Shown here: in pieces, positions 35,777 through 44,211 of the stretch
Layout: every line of letters begins with the position of its first letter
Position numbering within the stretch: the first letter of the stretch is position 1
Source of the DNA: Clostridia bacterium
GTDB taxonomy: Bacteria > Bacillota > Clostridia > UBA1212 > UBA1255
Reading direction: 5' to 3'
DNA: 44,211 bases
Assembly (NCBI GenBank): GCA_017963755.1
Contig: JAGCTF010000085.1
Coordinates: forward strand, 1 to 44,211
Position numbers and translations under genes: made by a program
The notes under the pieces: generated by a model
What the model saw: the letters and a program-made list of their open reading frames with translations, nothing else
What the model was told of the DNA's origin: nothing
Databases searched by the model: none

Positions 35777-37381
35777 ATGGCAGATGAACTTTACGAAAAA
35801 ATAGGATCCGAAGTAGGGCGCAGACGCACGTTCGCCATCATATCACACCCCGACGCCGGTAAAACGACGATGACAGAAAAGCTGCTGCTGTACGGCGGGG
35901 CTATACGGCTTGCGGGTTCCGTAAAAGCGCGAAAGGCAACGAAGCACGCGGTATCCGACTGGATGGATATCGAAAAACAGCGCGGAATATCGGTGACTTC
36001 ATCTGTGCTCCAGTTCGAATACGACGGATACTGCATAAATATACTTGACACCCCCGGCCACCAGGACTTCTCGGAAGATACCTACCGCACGCTGATGGCA
36101 GCGGACAGCGCGGTCATGCTGATCGACGGAGCGAAAGGCGTAGAGGCCCAGACGCTCAAACTTTTCCACGTATGTAAGATGCGCGGCATACCGATCTTCA
36201 CGTTCATCAATAAAATGGACCGCGCCGCGAAAAATCCGTTCGACTTGATGCAGGAGCTTGAAGACGTTCTCGGCATCAAATCGTATGCAATGAACTGGCC
36301 GATCGGCACAGACGGAGATTTTCAGGGCGTTTATAACAGGCGCGAAAGGCAGATCGAACTGTACGAGGGGGGCAATCACGGCCAGGAGCAGGCGCGGACA
36401 ATAACCGGTGACCTTGACGATCCGTCGCTTTCGGAGCACCTGGGCAGCTACTACTTCGACAGACTCACGGAAGAGATCAGCCTTCTGGATATGGCGGGAG
36501 AGGATCTCGACATGAACGCGGTCCTGGGCGGCAGGCAGACTCCTATATTCTTCGGATCTGCGATGACAAACTTCGGTGTAAAAACCTTCCTCGAACACTT
36601 TATAAAAATGGCTCCCTGTCCGCACGAAACCATCGCGGCGGGCGAGACCGTCGTTGACCCGGTCACCACGCCTTTTTCCGGCTTTATTTTCAAGATCCAG
36701 GCCAATATGAATCCGGCGCACAGGGACCGCCTCGCGTTTTTGCGCATCACTTCCGGCAAATTCGAAAAGGGCATGGAAGTCTGGCACACCAGAACAGGCA
36801 GAAAGCTAAGGCTTACGCAGCCTACGCAGTTTATGGCGCAGGAGCGGACTATAGTTGACGAAGCTTACGCCGGTGATATCATCGGCCTGTTTGACACCGG
36901 GATCCTCGGGATAGGAGACACGCTCAGTATTGACAGCCAGAGCCTCAGATTCGAAGGAATGCCAGTATTCCCGTCCGAACATTTTGCCCGCGTCCAATAC
37001 GCCGACGCGATGAAGCGCAAGCAGTTCCAGAAGGGCATAGAGCAGCTTTCCGAGGAGGGTGCTATCCAGGTATTCAAACAGATGGATATTGGCGTAGAAA
37101 CGCTTATAATAGGCGCTGTGGGCGTGCTGCAGTTCGAGGTCCTCGAGCACAGGTTAAGAGGCGAGTACGGAGTGGAGATCCGCATGCAGCAGCTGCCGTA
37201 TCACTACGCGCGCTGGATCGAAGACCAGTCGGTAGATCCGCATAATCTGACGCTCACGTCGTCAACGCTTCGGGCGACCGACCGCGACGGCTCGAAGGTC
37301 CTGCTCTTCGAGAATGAGTGGGGTATCGAGTGGGCAATAGATAAGAATAAGAACCTTAAACTGCTTGATTGCAAAGTGTGA
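35777..37381 (+). CDS. prfC: Peptide chain release factor 3
   Basis: RRRTFAIISHPDAGKTT, SDWMDIEKQRGIS, DTPGHQDFSEDTYR, FKIQANMNPAHRDR. Confidence 0.97.
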   Translation: MADELYEKIGSEVGRRRTFAIISHPDAGKTTMTEKLLLYGGAIRLAGSVKARKATKHAVSDWMDIEKQRGISVTSSVLQFEYDGYCINILDTPGHQDFSEDTYRTLMAADSAVMLIDGAKGVEAQTLKLFHVCKMRGIPIFTFINKMDRAAKNPFDLMQELEDVLGIKSYAMNWPIGTDGDFQGVYNRRERQIELYEGGNHGQEQARTITGDLDDPSLSEHLGSYYFDRLTEEISLLDMAGEDLDMNAVLGGRQTPIFFGSAMTNFGVKTFLEHFIKMAPCPHETIAAGETVVDPVTTPFSGFIFKIQANMNPAHRDRLAFLRITSGKFEKGMEVWHTRTGRKLRLTQPTQFMAQERTIVDEAYAGDIIGLFDTGILGIGDTLSIDSQSLRFEGMPVFPSEHFARVQYADAMKRKQFQKGIEQLSEEGAIQVFKQMDIGVETLIIGAVGVLQFEVLEHRLRGEYGVEIRMQQLPYHYARWIEDQSVDPHNLTLTSSTLRATDRDGSKVLLFENEWGIEWAIDKNKNLKLLDCKV

Positions 37382-37430
37382 AAGCTCATATATCGAACTC
37401 AAAAATTTTTTTAAATCAGTTCCGAAAACG

Positions 37431-37457
37431 GGAATGAAGCCCTTATTTTTTTCGTCT
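37431..37457 (+). promoter_or_regulatory. Candidate ECF-sigma (autoregulatory) promoter
   Basis: GGAATG, 16 bp with T-tract, CGTCT, directly upstream of the ECF gene; fits the GGAA../CGTC pattern of ECF promoters. Confidence 0.5.
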
Positions 37458-37484
37458 GTATAGGTGCGAAAGGAGAAAAGGCTG

Positions 37485-38042
37485 ATGAACGACAAAGAAT
37501 TATTACTGCTTTTTGACAAACGTGACGAGAACGCCATAGCGCAGCTCGAACGCAAGTACGGCAGGTATTGTCGCTCGATCGCTTTTGAGATCCTGAAGAA
37601 TGAGGCGGATGCCGAGGAATGCGTGAATGACGCATATCTGAAAGTATGGGAAAGTATTCCGCCTGCCGCGCCTGAAAAACTCTCATCATACGTAGGCAAC
37701 ATCGTTAAAAATCAGGCGATAGACTGTTACCGTGCCCAGAGACGTCAGAAAGATATTCCGCCTGAGGTAATCATGCCTCTGGATAACGTCGCCCCGGCTG
37801 CGGTTTCTCAAGGAATAGAAGAGACTGATGACAGCGATGAACTTGCCGGATTGATTGCCGAGTATCTTAGAACGACCGATCGAAAAAAACGCCTGATATT
37901 TGTTGCACGGTATTACAAGGAACTTTCTGTCGGCGAGATTGCTGCAGAACTGAACGTGGCCGAAGGAACGGTCATGTCTTCTCTGTACCGTACACGTAAA
38001 GGACTGGAATCGTTTTTGAAAAAAAGAGGGGTATCGATATGA
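37485..38042 (+). CDS. ECF RNA polymerase sigma factor
   Basis: DAEECVNDAYLKVW (region 2) and IFVARYY...SVGEIA...EGTVMSSLYRTRKGL (region 4.2); AAGGAG RBS. Confidence 0.92.
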   Translation: MNDKELLLLFDKRDENAIAQLERKYGRYCRSIAFEILKNEADAEECVNDAYLKVWESIPPAAPEKLSSYVGNIVKNQAIDCYRAQRRQKDIPPEVIMPLDNVAPAAVSQGIEETDDSDELAGLIAEYLRTTDRKKRLIFVARYYKELSVGEIAAELNVAEGTVMSSLYRTRKGLESFLKKRGVSI

Positions 38043-40870
38043 ACGAAGCTAAACTTGCCTCATTAATGAAAAAAATGCCTGACGACATCGTGAATGAATT
38101 CAATGCCGCGACGGCAGGCGGATCTATTGCAGCTCTGTCGGATCCCGGGCCCGGAAACGGTTCGGGAGGAAGGAAAAACGGCCGTGACAGACGTCCGGGC
38201 GTAGGTATTCTTGTTGGACTTGCGACAGTGGCTGTCTTTTTCGTCGCAGGGATCATTATTTCAGTAAAGGTGCGAAGCGACAGACAGAGAGCTTCAGAGC
38301 CTGATATGACGAGCGTATTGACCAACAATACGCCTGACGTTGCCGCCAGCCCGGTTCCGTCTGAAACTGATGCCGGCCCCACGGCAGTCCCTGCATTGAC
38401 CGATATACCTGATTTGACCGATGCTCCGACCGCGACAATTTCTCCTGTAACCACTGACGTAAGTACCGCTACTGACGAACCGACAATATCCGCTGAACCG
38501 ACTTTGTCCGCTGACCCGACTGATACGGCCGGACAAACTGCAAATACCGAATCTTCTTCGACTCCGGCTCCTACTGCGACCCAGGTTCCTACCGCGACCA
38601 AGGCTCCTACTGCGACCGCCGTACCTACAGCAACTGCTGCCCCGACGGCAACTCCGGAGCCGGTTCCTACTCCGTATCAGAACAATAATCCTGACGGGCT
38701 TGCAGTGGTTCCGAAATTCGGTAAACTTATGACTGCAGATTTTGGGGGCAAAGATATCGATATACCGTATTTCTATATAAATGACGCACAGTACAAACCG
38801 GAATTAGGCGGTATGATGTATGCGGACGCGGCGCCGTTAGATTACCGTGCTCTCAGCCGGGAGGTACCTCTGCTTTATAATAACGGCAGCAGTATGAACA
38901 TAACTATGAAAATGCCGTGTATATGGGAGAGACTGGATTATATTGATTTGGACGGAAATCTATTGATGTCGTTCCCTGAAAGGATTAGTTCAATGCCGAA
39001 CAGTGTCTTAGACACCGGGTTTCCTAAAGAAATGGGCACTCCTGCAGACGCACTTGTGCGCGTAAGAATTATACTTCAGGGTGACTATATCGATTCCCTC
39101 GGAATAAACGAGTATACTACATACTACTGCATTTTCAGGGTGAAACGCGGAGAATCCGCACAGGACTCTTCACAGACACGCATTTCAAACATTACACCTT
39201 TTAAATTAAATAACACGCTGCTGCCGGGAGAGACGGTCTGGCTGCATTACACCGCGCTTCCGTATAACTATAATTACGGAACGGTAAAGTGGAGGATCAT
39301 TGAGGGCGCCGAGAATGCCATGATCGATCCGGTAAGCGGAGAATTAAAAGCCCTGAAAGACGGAACAGTCCGGGTCGCAGCGTACGTTGAGGAGTATGAA
39401 GCGGAAATCACGCCTGTCGATATAGTTATTAAGAGCAAAGAAGTCATATCCGAACCGGAACATGAGCGGCCGCTCGACGATCGATACAAGCCTGATGCAG
39501 TTGAGCCCGGAGGAAAGTGGACGGAAGAGATCCTTAAGTCACGCGCAAACTTCCTTGTATATAACGCCCGTACGCCGGACGAGCTTCCCGTATATACTTA
39601 CAGGAATCAAGACTATAAAGTAAGTCCTTATGAGACTGATTTTACGTTCTACGTGCAGCTTACTGATTACGCGAGATCTTACCGCGGCGATGCAAAATTG
39701 TCCGTGAAGGATGTGAAAGTCTGCTTTTACGACGATTCGGGCAGCCTGATCGGTTATTCTTATACGAACCGCGACGGTATAGCTATGTTCACGATCAAAA
39801 TGCAGAGCGATATGCGTTTCAGGCTCGGAGTGGAATCTAACGTATATACTTCAGAGTTCGGGATCAACACCACAGAGATCTTAAACAGGCCGTTCTTCCC
39901 GGGAGGAGGGATCAAATACCCTGGCGCAAATAGCAGTTCGGGCAATGCCTCTCTGTTTGCGCTGAACGTCGTTGACCGGAGCCTCTATACCCATTACAGA
40001 GCGGAGATCGTTGACGCCGTCACCGGTGAAAACATTACCGCGGGAACGTTGATAATATACGGCTCCGGAAAAGAACTTGAACGGTTCGATATAGGGACTT
40101 TAGGGTCAACGATATGGCAGTATCCTGAATTCTTTAGCGGCGCCACCCGCACGGTCCTCGAGTATACAGACGGAGATCAGCGTTACGTCGCGGAATGTAC
40201 ATTTACACAAAGCGGCAATTCATTGATCTTCCGCGCTGACATTGCCGGCAGGAAACTTTCCGCAGACTACCTGCCTCCTGTAGTCGTAAAGGGTATGAAG
40301 ATCCGCCTGGGCAGGTTTGAACAGGACGGAGAGCTTGGAAGAAGCGAACCTCTGGAATGGCTGATAGTTAAAACTGAAGGGAACAAGGCCCTGGTCGTAA
40401 GCAAGGACGTTATTTACGGCCTTCCGTTCAGCAACGGAAAGACGGCTTCCGCGACAACTAATTGGGCAGACAGTAACGTACGTGCCTGGCTGTCAGGGCT
40501 ATTTATTGAGAATGCTTTTAACAGTGAGGAGCTTTCTGTTATTCAAAACTCTTCGGGAAATGGATTGAGCGCTGATGATAAAATCTTTCTGCTGAGTGTT
40601 TCAGAAGCGGAATTGTTATCTCCGGAACAGCTCAAGGCGAATGCGACTCCGTTTTCTGCTTTATGCGGGTTGAATCTTAACAGCAATCAGAAGACCGCGT
40701 CATGGTGGCTCAGAAACATCGCCGGTATAAGCAGTTCAGCTTACGTCTGGTCTGAAGGGAAAGAGATCGTACGAGACGGGATCGCTCAGAGCAGCAATAT
40801 GGGTATACGGCCTGCAATGTGGATCGAACTTACGCCCACAGTCTTAGCGACACTTAGAAACGCAGATTAG
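38039..40870 (+). CDS. Large single-TM putative anti-sigma/sensor with Pro/Thr linker, Ig-like domain and C-terminal DUF6273-like domain
   Basis: ATGA overlap with the ECF stop; short cytoplasmic N-terminus, TM, PTAT repeats, Big_2-like segment (VKW...IDPVSGELKALKDGTVRV), C-terminus EPLEWLI...WADSNVRAWL...DKIFLLS..EA...WWLR...GIRPAMWI. Confidence 0.7.
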   Translation: MNEAKLASLMKKMPDDIVNEFNAATAGGSIAALSDPGPGNGSGGRKNGRDRRPGVGILVGLATVAVFFVAGIIISVKVRSDRQRASEPDMTSVLTNNTPDVAASPVPSETDAGPTAVPALTDIPDLTDAPTATISPVTTDVSTATDEPTISAEPTLSADPTDTAGQTANTESSSTPAPTATQVPTATKAPTATAVPTATAAPTATPEPVPTPYQNNNPDGLAVVPKFGKLMTADFGGKDIDIPYFYINDAQYKPELGGMMYADAAPLDYRALSREVPLLYNNGSSMNITMKMPCIWERLDYIDLDGNLLMSFPERISSMPNSVLDTGFPKEMGTPADALVRVRIILQGDYIDSLGINEYTTYYCIFRVKRGESAQDSSQTRISNITPFKLNNTLLPGETVWLHYTALPYNYNYGTVKWRIIEGAENAMIDPVSGELKALKDGTVRVAAYVEEYEAEITPVDIVIKSKEVISEPEHERPLDDRYKPDAVEPGGKWTEEILKSRANFLVYNARTPDELPVYTYRNQDYKVSPYETDFTFYVQLTDYARSYRGDAKLSVKDVKVCFYDDSGSLIGYSYTNRDGIAMFTIKMQSDMRFRLGVESNVYTSEFGINTTEILNRPFFPGGGIKYPGANSSSGNASLFALNVVDRSLYTHYRAEIVDAVTGENITAGTLIIYGSGKELERFDIGTLGSTIWQYPEFFSGATRTVLEYTDGDQRYVAECTFTQSGNSLIFRADIAGRKLSADYLPPVVVKGMKIRLGRFEQDGELGRSEPLEWLIVKTEGNKALVVSKDVIYGLPFSNGKTASATTNWADSNVRAWLSGLFIENAFNSEELSVIQNSSGNGLSADDKIFLLSVSEAELLSPEQLKANATPFSALCGLNLNSNQKTASWWLRNIAGISSSAYVWSEGKEIVRDGIAQSSNMGIRPAMWIELTPTVLATLRNAD

Positions 40871-40920
40871 AATTATTGAACTGACTGATTGACGGATTGA
40901 TTAAAATGGAGGAAATCGAT

Positions 40921-42378
40921 ATGAATAAACGTAAATTTATTTTTAATGCTGTTATAAGACCGGTCGCTGCCCTGCTGGCCGTTTTCGGCGTACTGTCATT
41001 GTCCGCGTGCAGGCAGAGAGATCCGAAAGAAGGGACTCGGGTATCAGCTTCTCCGTTCGATATGCCGGAGACAACAGAGCCTGCCGTGCCTGCACAAGAT
41101 TCCGTGACCGGAAGCATTGTCCTCGGCGTACCGGAACAGTATCAGAAAAACGACACGGATGCACTTGCGAAATTCGTTGTGGCGTTTAATAAAAAATATC
41201 CGGGCATCAGCGTGACCTTCAATACAGTTAAAGACGCTAAAGCAGCCCTTACGGCTCAAAAAGGAACGGATGATTACGCTGACGTCGTTTTCTTTCCCGG
41301 TTCGGAGGCGTTTGAATATGCTTACGTCGATAAGACGCTCATGTGCCTCGACCAGATCATCGCGGATACCGGTGCAAGGTATGATGTCTATTACGGAGTA
41401 TTTGAATCATCTACGGTGGGGAAAGAACAGTATGCGATAGGCACGAACTGCGATCCGCTGGTGCTTATTTATGATAAAGACGCGACAGACAGGGTACTTC
41501 CGGGCCGTACGATCGGCGGAAAGTGGAATTTTAATGAGTTTTGCGATATCTGTCTGGAGATAGGGCAGGCTGATGAAACGCTTGCCGGCGCTCAGCTCGA
41601 TTTAGAATATGAACCTGTATTCCTGACTCTGTTAAGGGTATATGAGGCTTCCGGAATAAAAGCCTGGGCTGATCCGGAAAAATGCAAGGTAGACATACGT
41701 TATTATAATTCATTGACTGAAATTGATAAATTAATATATTCGTACGGGTGCGCGATCATTCCCGCATACGATGTTTTTGAAGGCACCGGCAATCCTCCGG
41801 ATTTCGGTGTGGCAAAAGACGTCAGCGATGCTCTGGAGAAAAGAACGCCTGTTTTCCGCGCGACGCTTTTGAGCCGGCTCGGCAATATCGCCGCTGAATA
41901 TGAAGAAAAAGGAATCAATTGGGACGTAGCTCCGTTCCCGCGGTCGGGTGCTGACGATACTCGTTCGTGCACGGCTGTCGGAACTGATTGTTTCGGTATC
42001 AGAAATGATACGGATTCGGCCGGGGCAGCGTCAATATTCGTCTCATTTGCTTTAGATCCGGAAGGTCAATCGGTCCTGAATTTATCTCGCGGGACGCTTC
42101 CGTCGCTGTCGTCTCTTCCTGCCGGTGATTATATCGGTGTTCTGAGCGGCGTTAATACTTCCGGAAAGAACTTTTATGCCTGTATACCCGAACGTGAAGA
42201 AACTGTTCCGGCCTCGCTTTCATGCTATATGCCTCCTGTAATCGTAGAAAGGGCACGCGCAAAGATGTCGACTATGACCGGAAGAACTATAAAAGGAGCA
42301 GACTACTGGCTCGCTATCCTTAACGATCGCGATCTGTCTGAACGCTGGGTCGTATGGCAGCATGAACGTTCAGAATAG
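40921..42378 (+). CDS. Extracellular solute-binding (ABC sugar-binding-like) lipoprotein
   Basis: Lipobox LSAC; AFNKKYPGISV, ADV, LIYDKD, W.F.EF, WDVAPFP pattern of cluster-D binding proteins. Start after GGAGG. Confidence 0.75.
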   Translation: MNKRKFIFNAVIRPVAALLAVFGVLSLSACRQRDPKEGTRVSASPFDMPETTEPAVPAQDSVTGSIVLGVPEQYQKNDTDALAKFVVAFNKKYPGISVTFNTVKDAKAALTAQKGTDDYADVVFFPGSEAFEYAYVDKTLMCLDQIIADTGARYDVYYGVFESSTVGKEQYAIGTNCDPLVLIYDKDATDRVLPGRTIGGKWNFNEFCDICLEIGQADETLAGAQLDLEYEPVFLTLLRVYEASGIKAWADPEKCKVDIRYYNSLTEIDKLIYSYGCAIIPAYDVFEGTGNPPDFGVAKDVSDALEKRTPVFRATLLSRLGNIAAEYEEKGINWDVAPFPRSGADDTRSCTAVGTDCFGIRNDTDSAGAASIFVSFALDPEGQSVLNLSRGTLPSLSSLPAGDYIGVLSGVNTSGKNFYACIPEREETVPASLSCYMPPVIVERARAKMSTMTGRTIKGADYWLAILNDRDLSERWVVWQHERSE

Positions 42379-42422
42379 ACGCAGATTTAGACTCGAAAGA
42401 ACATTTTGCCTCCAAAATCATA

Positions 42423-42504
42423 TTGCAAACTATCCCGCGATTTGGTACAATTACCATCGGTCGAATGTGGCTTTCGCACGATGCGCAGGTTACGGCTTCG
42501 ACCG
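42423..42504 (+). promoter_or_regulatory. fba promoter followed by a long leader hairpin
   Basis: TTGCAA-17-TG-n-TACAAT (42423-42451); CGGTCGAA (42458-42465) pairs with TTCGACCG (42497-42504), with inner stems. Confidence 0.6.
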
Positions 42505-42538
42505 CAGTGCATTCAATTTTTAAGGAGATGTTTTTGAT

Positions 42539-43477
42539 ATGCCGTTAGTAACTTCAAAAGAAATGTTTGCAAAAGCGTATAATGGCGGATATGCCATCGG
42601 TGCTTTTAACGTGAACAACATGGAGATCGTTCAGGGTATTACCGAGGCCTGCAAAGAGGAGAACGCCCCCGTTATCCTTCAGGTTTCGAAAGGCGCGAGA
42701 GCTTACGCGAACCATACTTACCTTGTTAAGCTGGTAGAGGCTGCTGTTATCGAATGCCCCGATATCCCGATCGTGCTGCACCTTGACCACGGCCCGGATT
42801 TCGAAACCTGCAAATCTTGCATTGACGGCGGATTCACTTCCGTTATGATCGACGCTTCTTCCAAACCTTTTGATGAGAATATAGAGATCACGCGCAGAGT
42901 CGTAGAGTATGCTCACGAACACGGCGTAGTGGTAGAAGCCGAACTCGGAACATTGTCCGGTATCGAGGACGAAGTTAAAGTGGCAGAAGGCTGCGCGTCC
43001 TACACGAGACCTGAAGAAGTTGAAGAATTCGTTACCCGCACGGGCTGCGACTCTCTTGCCATCGCCATCGGTACTTCCCACGGCGCATACAAGTTCAAGC
43101 CCGGAACGAAACCCCAGCTCCGCTTCGACGTGCTCCATGAGTGCGAGAAGAGACTGCCCGGTTTCCCGATCGTCCTTCACGGCTCTTCATCAGTTCCTCA
43201 GGAATACGTAACGATGATCAACGAAAACGGCGGCGCTATGCCGGGCGCTATCGGCGTACCCGAGGAGCAGCTCCGCGAAGCGGCCAGATCCGCAGTCTGC
43301 AAGATCAATATCGACTCCGACCTCCGCCTCGCCATGATAGGTACGATCCGCAAGTTCTTCAACGAGCATCCGGATAAATTTGACCCCAGAGAGTACCTGA
43401 AGCCCGCAAGAGCTAACATCAAGGAACTTGTCCGTCATAAACTCCGCGACGTTCTCGGCTGCAGCGGGAAAGCCTGA
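42539..43477 (+). CDS. fba: Class II fructose-1,6-bisphosphate aldolase
   Basis: GAFNVNN, LHLDHG, SVMIDAS, VEAELG, AIGTSHGAYK, VLHGSS and KINIDSD. Confidence 0.96.
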   Translation: MPLVTSKEMFAKAYNGGYAIGAFNVNNMEIVQGITEACKEENAPVILQVSKGARAYANHTYLVKLVEAAVIECPDIPIVLHLDHGPDFETCKSCIDGGFTSVMIDASSKPFDENIEITRRVVEYAHEHGVVVEAELGTLSGIEDEVKVAEGCASYTRPEEVEEFVTRTGCDSLAIAIGTSHGAYKFKPGTKPQLRFDVLHECEKRLPGFPIVLHGSSSVPQEYVTMINENGGAMPGAIGVPEEQLREAARSAVCKINIDSDLRLAMIGTIRKFFNEHPDKFDPREYLKPARANIKELVRHKLRDVLGCSGKA

Positions 43478-43497
43478 AACCAAATAAGTTGATTGCG

Positions 43498-43528
43498 GGG
43501 CTTCGCAAACCGCGAAGCCCTGATTTTT
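43498..43528 (+). terminator. Rho-independent terminator after fba
   Basis: GGGCTTCGC-AAACC-GCGAAGCCC followed by TGATTTTT. Confidence 0.8.
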
Positions 43529-43551
43529 AATAAAATATGAGGTGAACTACC

Positions 43552-44211
43552 ATGAGCAAATTAATCGGTGCGGCTATTTTCGGCCAGTCCGGCGGACCTT
43601 CTTCCGTTATTAACTCCAGCGCTGCCGGCGTGTTCCAGACTGCGCTTAAAGAAGAATGCATCACTAAAGTATACGGCGCCGCTCACGGCATCCGCGGTAT
43701 GCTTGACGAAGAATTTTACGACATGAGCAAGGAAGATCCGTATGAGATCGAACTGCTCAAGACCACCCCGTCTTCCGCGCTCGGATCCGTTCGTTATAAG
43801 CTGAAGGACGCCGACGTCGATGACACTGATTACAAACGTCTCCTCGAAGTCTTTAAGAAGTATAATATCCGCTATTTCTTCTATAACGGCGGAAACGATT
43901 CCATGGATACCTGCAATAAGATAAGCAAGTATATGCAGAAATCCGGGTATGAGATGCGCGTTATGGGCGTGCCTAAGACGATCGATAACGACCTTTACGG
44001 CACAGACCATTGCCCGGGGTACGGATCCGCGGCTAAATACGTTGCCACCTCTACGATGGAGGTCTATCAGGACGCGAGAGTGTACGATACCGGTATGGTA
44101 GCGGTCCTCGAGGTCATGGGGCGCCACGCAGGCTGGCTTACCGCATCTACGGCTCTCGCTGCTTATAAAGGCATGGGGCCGGATCTCATTTACGTGCCGG
44201 AACTGCCGTTC
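43552..44211 (+). CDS. pfp: 6-phosphofructokinase, probably PPi-dependent (3' end runs off the window)
   Basis: Hand translation: MSKLIGAAIFGQSGGPSSVIN...YNGGNDSMDT...VPKTIDNDL...EVMGRHAGW. The Asp in GGND and the Lys in PKTIDND are the PPi-type signature. Confidence 0.9.
   Translation, partial: MSKLIGAAIFGQSGGPSSVINSSAAGVFQTALKEECITKVYGAAHGIRGMLDEEFYDMSKEDPYEIELLKTTPSSALGSVRYKLKDADVDDTDYKRLLEVFKKYNIRYFFYNGGNDSMDTCNKISKYMQKSGYEMRVMGVPKTIDNDLYGTDHCPGYGSAAKYVATSTMEVYQDARVYDTGMVAVLEVMGRHAGWLTASTALAAYKGMGPDLIYVPELPF

Noticed and set aside
40260-40870. Diversity-generating retroelement target (lectin-like DUF6273 tip)
   Set aside because: No reverse transcriptase and no second near-identical template copy seen in the window; trans-targeting cannot be excluded but is unsupported.
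43561-44127. Minus-strand 188-aa ORF
   Set aside because: Antisense to the phosphofructokinase gene that runs off the window on the plus strand.

Overview
Chromosomal window from a Bacillota (Clostridia-like) bacterium. The backbone is housekeeping: argF-argG, dnaG, glpK, tRNA-Gln(CTG), rnj, tmcAL, prfC, fba and a PPi-type phosphofructokinase. Three regions stand out. (1) An AT-richer decayed island (~2400-10900) carries a secreted WapA-like Rhs polymorphic toxin with an HExxH tip, a lipoprotein immunity candidate, an ISAs1 transposase remnant, a second copy of the Rhs promoter (45/50 bp direct repeat) driving an orphan membrane gene, and the 3' half of a tRNA-Leu(CAG) as a likely att scar. 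(2) Two tandem group-1 (RpoD-like) sigma factors follow dnaG. The first has a ~470-aa charge-segregated, tandem-repeat N-terminal extension. (3) A run of fused GNAT/AlkD/hydrolase/Pr6Pr genes precedes an ECF sigma - large membrane partner (DUF6273-like tip) - solute-binding lipoprotein module. All calls come from reading motifs by eye; no database searches were run.
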